Shown here: one piece after another, positions 8,311 to 17,959 of the stretch | Numbering within the stretch: the stretch's first letter is position 1 | Layout of the letters: every line of letters begins with the position of its first letter | Assembly (NCBI GenBank): GCA_028683435.1 | Contig: JAQUIG010000008.1 | Coordinates: 6,494 to 70,493 of the forward strand | Origin: Desulfuromonadaceae bacterium | GTDB lineage: Bacteria > Desulfobacterota > Desulfuromonadia > Geobacterales > Pseudopelobacteraceae | Reading direction: 5' to 3' | Length of the DNA stretch: 64,000 nucleotides | Notes under the pieces: generated by a model | The model's database searches: none | What the model was told of the DNA's origin: nothing | The model's input: the letters and a program-made list of their open reading frames with translations, nothing else | Position numbers and translations under genes: made by a program

Positions 8311-10782
8311 ATGGAACCATTGCAGGGTGATGTTCGCGGGTATAGGCTGCTCTATGTTGAGGATGAAGCGGATGCCCGTGACTTGCTGAGCAGAATTGTC
8401 GCCAAAAAATACCCCGAACTTAAACTTTTTGTCGCTGAAAACGGCGCCGCAGGGTTGGAACTGTTCAGGGAGCAGCGGCCGGATATCGTGCTGGCCGACA
8501 TGTATATGCCGGTCATGGACGGTATCCAGATGGCCAGGGAGATCAAGGAGCTCGATGCGGGAGCAGTCATCATCGCCGTGACAGCGCACAATGATCCTTA
8601 TTATCTTCAGAATGCCATTGAGATCGGCATCCGTCATTATGTAAAGAAACCGGTCATCAGTGAGGATCTCTTTACCGTGATCAATAAAACAATTGGAGAA
8701 ATCAACCTGAAGCGGCTGGTCAGCGAGCAGGAGGGGCAAATCCGCAAGCGCGGACAGCAACTCGCGATGGCGCAGAAGATTGCCCATCTCGGCAGCTGGG
8801 AATGGGATATCGTCAGCGGCAAAACAAGCTGGTCGGATGAGCTGTATCGAATTTTCGGCATTGAGCCGGCATCATCCCCGACATCCTACAAAGGGTTTCT
8901 GGAGAGGGTTCACCCGGAAGATCGTCAAGCGGTGAAAAGGGTCGTGCAGAATGCGCTGAAGAAACGCCAATCCTTTATCAGCCATTACTGCCGCATCGTA
9001 CGTCCGGATGGCTCAATCCGCACAATCCACGGATTGGGAGAGGTGATTCTTGATGACGCCGGCAAACTCGTGTCGGTGATCGGTACCTCTCAAGATGTGA
9101 CAGAACGGAGGCAGGTAGAAGAAGAACGGGACAGGCTGGCAATGATAGTGGAATCCTCAAATGACGCGATTTTCAGCATATCTCTGGATGGCATCATTAC
9201 GAGCTGGAACAGGGGGGCGGAGAAGGTTTTCGGTTATCCTGCCAGGGAAATCATCGGCAGTCAGATCTTTACGATAATACCGGCTGAACGTTACGGCGAA
9301 AGAGCCCAGATCTTGCAGACGGTCCTGAGCGGCGAACAGCTCCAGCATTTTGAAACAACCCGCATCAGAAAAGATGGCCGCCAGATTTATGTATCGATTA
9401 CAACTTCGCCGTTACTGGATACAGATGGAAAAATAATTGGCAATTCGGTAATTGCGCGCGACGTAACGGAGCGCAGAAAGATGGAAGAGATTATCAAACA
9501 CCAGGCACATCACGACACCCTGACAGATTTGCCAAACCGGCAGCTTTTCATGGATTTCCTTTCCCTGGAGCTGGCCCAGGCGCGTCGCAACGATAAAAAG
9601 CTGGCCCTGCTGTTTCTGGATCTCAACGGCTTCAAGCAGGTCAATGACACTTTGGGACACAGCTGCGGGGATCGCCTCCTGCAGGAAGTAGCCCAGAGGC
9701 TAAGAGCCTGCATCCGTGAGTCCGATACCGTGGCCCGCCTCGGTGGGGATGAATTTACGGTGCTGATGCCGGATCTAGGACAGACGGATGATGTGGGCAT
9801 CGTGCTGAAAAAGATCCTGGGTGTATTCGAAACACCGTTTATGCTGGACGATGTGGCGGTAGACACCACCACCAGTATCGGGATCTGCATGTTTCCGGAT
9901 GATGGCGACTGCAGTGAAGAACTGATGAAAAAAGCGGATATCGCCATGTACGATGCGAAAGGGACAGGGAGGAACTCGTATCAGTTCTATAACGCCGAGA
10001 TCAACGCACGCACAATGAAGCGCCAGAAGATGGAGGGCTTCCTGCGCCAGGCCGTGATCAGGGGGGAACTGGAACTTCTGTTCCAACCACTGGTATGCAG
10101 CGATACGCGTGGTATAATCGGAGCAGAAGCGCTCCTGAGATGGCGGCATCCAGAACAGGGACTGCTCGCTCCAGACCAATTCCTTTCGGTTGCCGAAGAT
10201 TGTGGAGCCATTGTTCCTATCGGTGAGTGGGTAATCCGTAATGCCTGTGATAAGGCCAGGATCTGGAATGAGAAAGGTTACCCGTTAAGCGTCTCTGTAA
10301 ATCTCACAAATCGCCAGTTCCACCAGTCTAATCTCATCGAAAAAACCGCCCGGATACTTGCGGAAACCGGCCTGATGCCGTACCAGCTGGAGTTTGATGT
10401 CACGGAGAAGACCATCATGACGGATATTGATTTTTCTCTCCACAGCGTGCAGGCGCTGAAAAATATTGGAGTTACCCTCGCCATAGATAATTTCGGCAGC
10501 GGTTCATCCTCATTACACTGGATAAAAAGAATGCAAACTCACAGGGTGAAGATAGATAAGAGTTTTATAACTAATATGTTGTCCGAGCCGGATGATCTGG
10601 CGGTGGTGAATGCCGTGATCGCCATGTCACACAATCTGAAAATGAAAGTGGTCGCAAGTGGGGTTGAAACGGAAGAGCAGTTGTCGGTCATCCAGCAGAG
10701 CGGCTGTGATCAAATGCAGGGATATGTGATAAGTAAGCCTCTGCTTCCGGCTGAATTCGAACTGATGGTGGTAAACTATTGA
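8311..10782 (+). CDS. response-regulator receiver / PAS-PAS / GGDEF / EAL c-di-GMP protein
   Basis: REC (LLYVEDEADARD..., DIVLADMYMP), two PAS blocks, RLGGDEFTV and EALLRW motifs. The ATG at 8311 is preceded by GAGG; the ORF track start at 8194 adds a non-homologous extension. Confidence 0.85.
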   Translation: MEPLQGDVRGYRLLYVEDEADARDLLSRIVAKKYPELKLFVAENGAAGLELFREQRPDIVLADMYMPVMDGIQMAREIKELDAGAVIIAVTAHNDPYYLQNAIEIGIRHYVKKPVISEDLFTVINKTIGEINLKRLVSEQEGQIRKRGQQLAMAQKIAHLGSWEWDIVSGKTSWSDELYRIFGIEPASSPTSYKGFLERVHPEDRQAVKRVVQNALKKRQSFISHYCRIVRPDGSIRTIHGLGEVILDDAGKLVSVIGTSQDVTERRQVEEERDRLAMIVESSNDAIFSISLDGIITSWNRGAEKVFGYPAREIIGSQIFTIIPAERYGERAQILQTVLSGEQLQHFETTRIRKDGRQIYVSITTSPLLDTDGKIIGNSVIARDVTERRKMEEIIKHQAHHDTLTDLPNRQLFMDFLSLELAQARRNDKKLALLFLDLNGFKQVNDTLGHSCGDRLLQEVAQRLRACIRESDTVARLGGDEFTVLMPDLGQTDDVGIVLKKILGVFETPFMLDDVAVDTTTSIGICMFPDDGDCSEELMKKADIAMYDAKGTGRNSYQFYNAEINARTMKRQKMEGFLRQAVIRGELELLFQPLVCSDTRGIIGAEALLRWRHPEQGLLAPDQFLSVAEDCGAIVPIGEWVIRNACDKARIWNEKGYPLSVSVNLTNRQFHQSNLIEKTARILAETGLMPYQLEFDVTEKTIMTDIDFSLHSVQALKNIGVTLAIDNFGSGSSSLHWIKRMQTHRVKIDKSFITNMLSEPDDLAVVNAVIAMSHNLKMKVVASGVETEEQLSVIQQSGCDQMQGYVISKPLLPAEFELMVVNY

Positions 10783-10816
10783 CGCAGATCACTAAATAAA
10801 ACCGGGGAGACGTGCC

Positions 10817-11308
10817 ATGCGTTACTTCATTTATGCTGTAACAACCCTGCTCTTGGCCGGGTGCACGCAGATAATCAGCGACGAGTCCCTTCGCCTCGTT
10901 GACCGGGACCTTTCCTTCGCGGAACTCCGCAGGGAGCCGGAAAGGTATAATGGGCGCCATCTTCTGCTCGGCGGGACAATCGTCGATGTGCGGAACAGGA
11001 GCAATGGCAGTGAGCTTGAGTTGGTGCAGTTGAAGACGGACGAGAGCGGGGAGATCATCGATACGGCCTCCTCTGCGGGCCGATTTATCGCCTTCAGCCC
11101 ATCCCTTCTCGATCCTGCTATTTATCGCCCCGGACTCCTCGTCAGCCTTGTAGGAGAAGTGAGCGGCAAGAGGACCATGATCCTTGATGAGGGAAACTAT
11201 ACCTATCCGATTCTCACCATCAGCGAAATCCATATCTGGAAGCCGGAGGAACTCCGTGCGCCCCCTTCGTTTCATTTCGGCATCGGAGTCGGGACCTATT
11301 TCCATTAG
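10817..11308 (+). CDS. Slp-family outer-membrane lipoprotein
   Basis: Lipobox LLAG|C and Slp-like core (LLLGGTIVDVRN ... GRFIAFSPSLLDPAIY ... VSLVGEVSG). Confidence 0.7.
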   Translation: MRYFIYAVTTLLLAGCTQIISDESLRLVDRDLSFAELRREPERYNGRHLLLGGTIVDVRNRSNGSELELVQLKTDESGEIIDTASSAGRFIAFSPSLLDPAIYRPGLLVSLVGEVSGKRTMILDEGNYTYPILTISEIHIWKPEELRAPPSFHFGIGVGTYFH

Positions 11309-11495
11309 CTCAGCAGTTCTCGCTCACTTTGCTGGTTAGTACCGTGAATAAATTGGCTGCATGTGCAGTGCAAAGTTAGTGATCTGCCGCATATGAGGTA
11401 CCGTATGTTGTGTATGAGGTGCTTCTGGCCGGAAACGCAGGAGACTGTTTATTGTAAAGCCTTCAAAAACGGATAGTTACAGATAAATATTTTTT

Positions 11496-11511
11496 TGGCA
11501 CGCCGTCTGCA
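11496..11511 (+). promoter_or_regulatory. sigma-54 (-24/-12) promoter candidate
   Basis: TGGCAC-gccgt-CTGCA has the exact GG/GC spacing of the TGGCAC-N5-TTGCW consensus, 40 nt upstream of the ATG at 11551. Confidence 0.5.
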
Positions 11512-11550
11512 TTTACCAAATCAATCACATATCCTTTGGAGGTAGTACAA

Positions 11551-11811
11551 ATGAAAAAAGTTCTGTCCACAATCGTAGCCGTCCTCGTAGCTGTTTCTTT
11601 CTCCGCCGTTGCTTTCGCTGCAGCTCCTGTTAAGCCTGCTGCTCCTGCTGTCGCTGCAGAAGTTGCCGCTCCTGCTGCTGATGCAAAGAAAGAAGTAAAA
11701 AAACCTGCTAAAAAAGCAAAAAAAGCAAAGAAAGCTGCCAAGAAAGTTGTTGCTCCTGTTGCTCCTGTTGCTCCTGTTGCTCCTGCTGCTCCTGCTGCTC
11801 CTGCAAAGTAA
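11551..11811 (+). CDS. small secreted Ala/Pro/Lys-rich low-complexity protein
   Basis: GGAGG RBS, then a signal peptide (MKKVLSTIVAVLVAVSFSAVAFA|AAP). The mature part is AP-rich, then KK(P)AKKAKKAKKAAKK, then (VAP)4(AAP)2. Confidence 0.65.
   Translation: MKKVLSTIVAVLVAVSFSAVAFAAAPVKPAAPAVAAEVAAPAADAKKEVKKPAKKAKKAKKAAKKVVAPVAPVAPVAPAAPAAPAK
11749..11802 (+). repeat. tandem 9-bp repeat (4x gttgctcct + 2x gctgctcct) inside the small CDS
   Basis: Read directly from the sequence; encodes VAPVAPVAPVAPAAPAAP. Confidence 0.9.
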
Positions 11812-11821
11812 TTCGCTTTTT

Positions 11822-11871
11822 GCGAACACAAAAAAAGCCGCATCGAAAGATGCGGCTTTTTTTGTGTTCGC
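11822..11871. terminator. bidirectional rho-independent terminator (about 23-bp perfect stem)
   Basis: gcgaacacaaaaaaagccgcatc-gaaa-gatgcggctttttttgtgttcgc. Confidence 0.85.
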
Positions 11872-11947
11872 AGCAGTAGTATAGTGTGCCGTGATGTTAG
11901 CACCTATCGGAATATTTCCAATCTACTAAAAGGGGTCTCGTAAAAAT

Positions 11948-12838
11948 ATGGCTGATCAGATCGTTAGGGCACTATGCCTGTCAGGCGGCATCAGGGTGCT
12001 TGTGTGTAATGCCAGTGTGCTGGCTCGTGAAATCTGTACTCTTCAACAGGCATCAGCGACGGCAAGTATCGCTCTTTCCCGGGGACTCGCTGGTGGCGCT
12101 TTGATGGGGGCTCTTCTCAAGGACGGACAGCGGATAGCCCTCAAGTTTGAGGGGAATGGCCCGCTTTGCAAGATGATTATTGAAGCAGACAGTGACGGGG
12201 CGGTCCGCGGCTGTGCCGGAAATCCGGCCGCCGATGTTGAAACGGTGGGGGGAAAATGGGATGTAGCGGGTCTGATTGGCAGGGCAGGTTTCCTCACCGT
12301 TTCAAAGGATCTCGGTACCGGTGGGCAGCCTTATCAGGGTGTTGTGCAGTTGGTCAGCAGTGAGATCGGCGAAGATCTGGCCTATTATCTGGCTGACTCC
12401 GAGCAGACACCTTCTGCAGTCGGGTTGGGTGCAACCCTTGCCGATGACGGTCAGGTCGCGGTCTGCGGCGGGTTCCTCGTACAGGCGCTGCCAAAGGCAG
12501 ATGACGTTGAGATTGACAAAATTATGGCACACATAGCTGGGTTGCCGCCATTAACAGGACTGCTTGAAGATGGAGGGGCCGAGGGGGTTATCCGGGAGCT
12601 TTTTGGCGAGATACCTTATACAATCCTTGAATCTCATGACATATTTTTCCGCTGCGGATGTGGCCAGGAAAAGGTCGAGCGGGCTCTTCTCACCCTGGGA
12701 AGCCTGGAATTACAGGATATGCGATCAAAGGAGAGCGGTGCCGAAGTGACCTGCGAATTCTGCCGTAAAACATATCATCTGGATTCAGCGGAACTGGACA
12801 ACTTGATCGCCCAGACTCAAGAAAAGTCGGGTCAATAG
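11948..12838 (+). CDS. hslO: Hsp33 redox-regulated chaperone
   Basis: 296 aa with the C-terminal zinc centre CGCG...CEFC typical of Hsp33. Confidence 0.9.
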   Translation: MADQIVRALCLSGGIRVLVCNASVLAREICTLQQASATASIALSRGLAGGALMGALLKDGQRIALKFEGNGPLCKMIIEADSDGAVRGCAGNPAADVETVGGKWDVAGLIGRAGFLTVSKDLGTGGQPYQGVVQLVSSEIGEDLAYYLADSEQTPSAVGLGATLADDGQVAVCGGFLVQALPKADDVEIDKIMAHIAGLPPLTGLLEDGGAEGVIRELFGEIPYTILESHDIFFRCGCGQEKVERALLTLGSLELQDMRSKESGAEVTCEFCRKTYHLDSAELDNLIAQTQEKSGQ

Positions 12839-12839
12839 C

Positions 12840-13607
12840 GTGCCGACAATATTATTGACAATCTCCTACGAAGGCACCAACTATTCGGGCTGGCAGGTGC
12901 AGCCGAACGGTCTGGCAGTGCAGCAGGTCGTTGAGGAAGCGTTTGAGAAGCTGCTGGGGGAGCGTGTGCAGGTGCGTTCTTCGGGGCGGACCGATGCCGG
13001 TGTGCATGCCCGTGCCATGGCGGCCTCCTTCAGCACGAGCCGGACCCTGCCGTTACGGGCTTTTGTGGAGGGTGCAAACCGCTTTCTTCCCGCTGATGTT
13101 GCCATTCAGAGCGCCCGTATTGTACCGGAAGGATTCAAGCCTATTACCATGGCGCATGCCAAGCATTACCGTTATACAATTATCAATACATCGGTTCGCG
13201 CGCCACTTGAACGCCTGTACAGCTGGCAGGTTCGTGAACCGCTTGATCTTGCAGCAATGGAGGAGGGGGCATCACGTTTCGTCGGTAGTCATGATTTTGC
13301 CGCGTTTCGCGCCTCCAATTGTGTTGCCAGAACCACGGTAAGACGGATAGATTCTGTCCGGGTCACCCGGCAGGGCGCACGTATTACCATTGATGTTACC
13401 GGTGGTGGATTTCTCAAAAACATGGTGCGCGTAATGGTCGGCACACTCGTTGATATCGGAAAGGGGCGTTTTACGCCATCAGATATTGACAGGTTGCTGC
13501 AGGGGGGGGATAGAAAAGAGGCCGGGAGCACCGCTCCTGCCTGCGGATTATGCTTGATCCAGGTAGTTTACCCTGAGGAAGTCACTTCTCTGCCAGAAGG
13601 CGCTTGA
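12840..13607 (+). CDS. truA: tRNA pseudouridine(38-40) synthase
   Basis: ISYEGTNYSGWQVQPN ... GRTDAGVHA ... signature; GTG start one nt after the hslO stop. Confidence 0.9.
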   Translation: MPTILLTISYEGTNYSGWQVQPNGLAVQQVVEEAFEKLLGERVQVRSSGRTDAGVHARAMAASFSTSRTLPLRAFVEGANRFLPADVAIQSARIVPEGFKPITMAHAKHYRYTIINTSVRAPLERLYSWQVREPLDLAAMEEGASRFVGSHDFAAFRASNCVARTTVRRIDSVRVTRQGARITIDVTGGGFLKNMVRVMVGTLVDIGKGRFTPSDIDRLLQGGDRKEAGSTAPACGLCLIQVVYPEEVTSLPEGA

Positions 13608-14100
13608 TCGTCTGCTCCATCGATCGCCCCATATCATCGCTATAACCACGATACACCTCGATTATTTTCCCTTTTTTATTGATCAGGTACATGACCGGCA
13701 CTGATCTGACGCCAAAATCAGCCGCAGTGGATTCTCCCGCCAATGCAAGTGGATAATTAATCCGAAACTGATCAGCAAACCGCTTGACTAACCACTCTCC
13801 ATCTTCGTCAACGCTCAGTCCAAGTATCTGCAGGCCTTGCTTGCCATACTTGCGGTTCAACTCTACCAGATGGGGGATAGACAGGCGGCATGGCGGACAC
13901 CAGGTTGCAAAAAAATCAAGAACCAGCACATACCCTCGATAGTTTTCCTGCGATATTGTCTGCCCCGAGGTTGAGGTCACGGTGAAGTCCGGTACGGTCT
14001 GCCCTTGCCGGGGAGCCGCATCAACCGGGCCGGGTACAGCCAGGAATGATGCGGCTATGATGATCAGCAGAATTTTCAGCATAGTTGATCTGATTTTCAC
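13582..14100 (-). CDS. TlpA/ResA-like periplasmic thiol:disulfide oxidoreductase
   Basis: Signal peptide plus thioredoxin fold with the WCPPC motif. Confidence 0.8.
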   Translation of the reverse strand: MKIRSTMLKILLIIIAASFLAVPGPVDAAPRQGQTVPDFTVTSTSGQTISQENYRGYVLVLDFFATWCPPCRLSIPHLVELNRKYGKQGLQILGLSVDEDGEWLVKRFADQFRINYPLALAGESTAADFGVRSVPVMYLINKKGKIIEVYRGYSDDMGRSMEQTIKRLLAEK

Positions 14101-14105
14101 TGCGT

Positions 14106-14435
14106 CTAAAGAGCTTTGGCGATCAGTGCGTCGAGTTGTGATTTCGGTACCGCTCCGACAACCTGGTCAAGCACAGCGCCATTCTTGAACAAAATTATGG
14201 TAGGGATGCCCCTGACGCCGTATTTGCCTGGAGTGGCCTGGTTCTCATCAACATTGACCTTGCCGACTTTAACTTTTCCGGCGTATTCATCGGCAATAGT
14301 ATCGATAAGAGGTGCAATCGCCTTACAGGGTGCGCACCACGTAGCCCAAAAATCAACGAGTACCGGAATTTCGGACTGCAACACCTCACGGTCAAAATTT
14401 GCGTCGGTAAATGCGATTACATTTTCACTGGCCAT
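14106..14435 (-). CDS. trxA: thioredoxin
   Basis: 109 aa with the WCAPCK active site. Confidence 0.9.
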   Translation of the reverse strand: MASENVIAFTDANFDREVLQSEIPVLVDFWATWCAPCKAIAPLIDTIADEYAGKVKVGKVNVDENQATPGKYGVRGIPTIILFKNGAVLDQVVGAVPKSQLDALIAKAL

Positions 14436-14471
14436 CTGTTGTTCTCCTTTGAATTCAGGGTTGTTTTTTGA

Positions 14472-14499
14472 ATGATATACTAGACGCCGGAAAAATCAA
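14472..14499 (-). promoter_or_regulatory. sigma-70 promoter candidate for trxA
   Basis: On the minus strand, TTGATT-N16-TATCAT about 36 nt upstream of the trxA ATG. Confidence 0.35.
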
Positions 14500-14730
14500 G
14501 AGCAAACACGTCAGCCCGGCCGACTCATGGCGTGTGTTCATTCTGTTGAAAGAGGCGGCAGGGCCGTATGTCAGCGGTTCACGGATGAGCCGATATAACC
14601 ACGCCGGTATCGCTGACAATACGGATGCAGGACGAACTGGCTTTTCTCATCGTGACGACACTGTTGCTCCAGCTAAGCCGTCAGGCATGGAGTTATTCTT
14701 GATCAGTTTGCCATAGAACAAGAAAAGCTG

Positions 14731-14760
14731 TTGACGAACCGGGGCTTCAGTACCTACAAT
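14731..14760 (+). promoter_or_regulatory. sigma-70 promoter candidate for the ccsA-like/hem operon
   Basis: TTGACG-N18-TACAAT, about 70 nt upstream of 14829. Confidence 0.45.
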
Positions 14761-14828
14761 AGACAGCTTTTACGCTCGCTTCCCAGATGCCTGTTCGCCT
14801 AGATCACCGAACGTAAGGAATCATTGCC

Positions 14829-15629
14829 ATGACACACCTGTTCTTCTATCTGACTGTGACTTTATATGGCTGTGCTACTATTGCATATCTTGCCTGCCTG
14901 ATTCGTACGTCACCATGGATTACACTCTGGGCCGCCCGCATACTGACAGCCGGCTTCACTGCACATATGCTCTCTACAATCCATCTGGCCAGCAAGATGA
15001 AGTATTTGCCGATTACCAATATGCAGGAATCATTGTCTTTTTTTGGCCTTGCCATAGTTGGGGCTTTTATCTTTTTTGAACGCAAATACAAGGTGACGAC
15101 GCTCGGCTCTTTTATTGTCCCTATTGCCCTCATGATGCTGATCGCCTCAAGCTCTCTGCATGGTGAGGTGCGCCAGCTCCACCCTGTACTGCAGAGCAAC
15201 TGGTTCTGGTTCCACGCATTGCTGGCTTTTGTCAGTTACGCCTGTTTCACCATTGCCGCCGGGGTTGCCGTTGTGTACCTGATCCAGAATCATTTCCTGA
15301 AAACCAAGCGGTTAGGTGCACTCTTCCAGAAGCTTCCGTCACTCGAAACAATGGATGAGATCAGTTACCGCTGTCTGACCGTAGGTTTCCCGTTATTAAC
15401 ATTTGCCATCATATCCGGATCCATCTGGTCAGAAAAGGCTATGGGAAGCTACTGGGTATGGGACCATAAACAGACCTGGTCGTTGATTATCTGGCTGATC
15501 TACGCAGCGCTTCTGCATGGTCGCCTTACCATCGGCTGGCGCGGAAAGCGCGCCGCAATACTTTCAATCATCGGCTTCGTTGTGATATTATTTACGTTTT
15601 TTACCATGAAGCACAGCATCACCTGGTAG
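14829..15629 (+). CDS. cytochrome c assembly protein (CcsA/HemX-type) preceding hemA
   Basis: Polytopic membrane protein with the Trp-rich motif (GSIWSEKAMGSYWVWDHKQTWSL). Confidence 0.75.
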   Translation: MTHLFFYLTVTLYGCATIAYLACLIRTSPWITLWAARILTAGFTAHMLSTIHLASKMKYLPITNMQESLSFFGLAIVGAFIFFERKYKVTTLGSFIVPIALMMLIASSSLHGEVRQLHPVLQSNWFWFHALLAFVSYACFTIAAGVAVVYLIQNHFLKTKRLGALFQKLPSLETMDEISYRCLTVGFPLLTFAIISGSIWSEKAMGSYWVWDHKQTWSLIIWLIYAALLHGRLTIGWRGKRAAILSIIGFVVILFTFFTMKHSITW

Positions 15630-15674
15630 CCTTGCTCCCAGTAATTATTTAAAGACTATGGACAGTTCCCAATC

Positions 15675-16976
15675 ATGAATATCATTGTTGTCGGCCTCTC
15701 TCACAAAACTGCTGCAGTTGAGATTCGCGAAAAGGTGGCTTTTTCTCCCAACCAGATTGAAAAACCGCTCGGTGAATTGATCAGGCTCGAGGGAATTATT
15801 GAGGGTGTGATTGTCTCTACCTGCAACAGGGTCGAGATTTATGCCACAACCCGTGATATTGCCGGCGGCATAGCACGGATAAAACGGTTTATGGCCGAGT
15901 ATCACCATCTTCCATTTGAACTCCTTGAGCCGCACCTGTACAGCTACCACGCTGAGTCAGCCATTCGCCACGTATTCCGGGTGGCTTCCAGTCTGGATTC
16001 GATGATCATTGGTGAGCCGCAGATTCTGGGGCAGATCAAAACCTCCTACGGCTACGCCGCTGAATTCAAATCGTCAGGGATTATACTCAATCGCTTTCTT
16101 CACAAAGCCTTTTCGGTCGCCAAGCGGGTGCGGACTGAAACCAGAATTGCTTCTTCTGCCGTTTCGGTAGCGTTTGCGGCTGTGGAGCTGGCCAAAAAAA
16201 TTCTGGGTTGCCTCTCCGACAAGACCGTCATGCTGATCGGCGCCGGAGAGATGTGCGAACTGGCCGCCAAGCACTTCCTCAACAGCGGTGCCAAAGGGGT
16301 CATGGTTACCAACCGCACCTTTGAGCGCGCGGAGAAGCTGGCTGACGAATTCGGTGGCGAGGCGGTGCGCTTCGAGTCGCTCTTTGAGCACCTTCATCGC
16401 GCAGATATTGTCCTTTCATCTACCGGAGCCCCGCATTGCATCATCGGCCCGCAAGACGTCAAAGAAGTTCTCAAACGACGCAGATTCAAGCCGATCTTCT
16501 TCATCGACATCGCTGTGCCTCGCGATATAGACCCCAAGGTTGACGAGATTGAAAACGCATACCTCTTCACCGTTGATCATCTTCAGGAGATAATTCAGGC
16601 CAATCTTGCCCAGCGTAGTCTCGAGGCTGAAAAAGCCGAGGAGATAATAAATCAGGAGATAGGTCAGTTTCATAAATGGCTTTCGACCCTGGAAGTGACA
16701 CCAACCATAGTTGCCCTGCGAAACCGGTTTGACGAAATCCGGAGGGTTGAGCTGGATAAAACCATAACCGGATGGAAAGAGTTGCCTCCCGATGCGGAAA
16801 AGCGGCTGGAATCACTTACGATCGCCATGATGAACAAATTGCTCCATGCCCCTACATCGGCACTGAAACAGGCTGGTCAGGGGGGGCGGGTTGATTTGTA
16901 CGTTGATGCACTGCGGCAGCTGTTTCAGCTGGAGGCCCTGCCACATGACAATGAAGAGCTGGAACTGGAAGAATAG
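15675..16976 (+). CDS. hemA: glutamyl-tRNA reductase
   Basis: VVGLSHKTA..., [15 protein letters not shown] motifs. Confidence 0.9.
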   Translation: MNIIVVGLSHKTAAVEIREKVAFSPNQIEKPLGELIRLEGIIEGVIVSTCNRVEIYATTRDIAGGIARIKRFMAEYHHLPFELLEPHLYSYHAESAIRHVFRVASSLDSMIIGEPQILGQIKTSYGYAAEFKSSGIILNRFLHKAFSVAKRVRTETRIASSAVSVAFAAVELAKKILGCLSDKTVMLIGAGEMCELAAKHFLNSGAKGVMVTNRTFERAEKLADEFGGEAVRFESLFEHLHRADIVLSSTGAPHCIIGPQDVKEVLKRRRFKPIFFIDIAVPRDIDPKVDEIENAYLFTVDHLQEIIQANLAQRSLEAEKAEEIINQEIGQFHKWLSTLEVTPTIVALRNRFDEIRRVELDKTITGWKELPPDAEKRLESLTIAMMNKLLHAPTSALKQAGQGGRVDLYVDALRQLFQLEALPHDNEELELEE

Positions 16977-16999
16977 CTGCGCCGACTTGCCGAATAATC

Positions 17000-17959
17000 A
17001 TGAGAGAAATGGAGAACAGTATGCCCCCCAAACAGTTACGTATCGGAACACGTGCCAGTCAGCTGGCTCTCTGGCAGGCCAACTGGGTAAAATCTGAACT
17101 TGAGAAGCGGTATCCGGACATGGAAGTCACACTGACCAAGATCAAGACGATCGGCGACAAGATCCTTGATGTCCCACTGGCGCAGGTTGGCGGCAAGGGG
17201 CTGTTCGTCAAGGAGATCGAAGAGGCGATGCTGCGGGGCGAGATCGACATCGCCGTGCACAGCATGAAGGATGTGCCGACCGAGTTTCCGGAAGGGCTGG
17301 GGCTCCATTGCATTACCGAGCGCGAAGACCCGCGTGATGCCGTGATCTCCCGCAATGTACTCTTCGCCGATCTGCCGCAGGGGGCCCGCATCGGCACCAG
17401 CGCTCTCCGCCGGCAGGCCCAGCTCCTGAAAGTGCGTCCCGATCTGCAGATGGTCATGATTCGCGGCAACGTCGAGACCCGCATCAGAAAACTTACCGAA
17501 GACAACCTGGACGCGGTTATTCTGGCTGCCGCCGGTCTCAAGCGCCTCGGTTTCACCGACAGCGTCGGCGAATATCTCGATGTCGACCTCTCCATTCCGG
17601 CCATCGGTCAGGGCGCTTTGGGGATTGAATGCCGTCTGACCGATCCGGTCATAACCGAGACAATCGACTTTTTTAATCACCCCGATACCAGCTATGCGGT
17701 CCGCGCTGAACGTGCCCTGCTCAAACGGTGCGAGGGTGGCTGTCAGGTGCCGATTGCGGCACATGGCACGGTCCGCGATGGTCAGTTGCGTCTTGTCGGT
17801 TTCATCGCTGCGGTCGACGGTCAACGCTCTGTGCGCGGCGAAATTAGCGGCAAGGTCACTGAATGCGAGCAACTGGGTATCCGCCTCGCTGATCAATTGC
17901 TGGCCGAGGGGGGTAAGGCGATCCTTGAAGAGGTTTATCAGAGGTCGATAGGTGAGTAG
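17000..17959 (+). CDS. hemC: hydroxymethylbilane synthase (porphobilinogen deaminase)
   Basis: LRIGTRASQLALWQA ... GGKGLFVKEIE ... AVHSMKDVP. The start could instead be 17009 or 17021. Confidence 0.9.
   Translation: MREMENSMPPKQLRIGTRASQLALWQANWVKSELEKRYPDMEVTLTKIKTIGDKILDVPLAQVGGKGLFVKEIEEAMLRGEIDIAVHSMKDVPTEFPEGLGLHCITEREDPRDAVISRNVLFADLPQGARIGTSALRRQAQLLKVRPDLQMVMIRGNVETRIRKLTEDNLDAVILAAAGLKRLGFTDSVGEYLDVDLSIPAIGQGALGIECRLTDPVITETIDFFNHPDTSYAVRAERALLKRCEGGCQVPIAAHGTVRDGQLRLVGFIAAVDGQRSVRGEISGKVTECEQLGIRLADQLLAEGGKAILEEVYQRSIGE

Noticed and set aside
11749-11802. Short tandem repeats that might be mistaken for a CRISPR-like array.
   Set aside because: The units are 9 bp, contiguous with no spacers, and in frame inside a CDS.
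11463-11903. 146-aa minus-strand ORF and other frames overlapping the Ala/Pro/Lys gene.
   Set aside because: They are a low-complexity mirror of the plus-strand gene. Only the plus frame has an RBS, a signal peptide, a promoter and a terminator.
14500-14730. Long (~390 bp) intergenic gap between trxA and the ccsA-like gene, containing an 82-aa ORF (14468..14716).
   Set aside because: The ORF has no RBS or homology and an odd composition. I saw no convincing RNA structure or repeat. It is left unannotated apart from the two promoter candidates.
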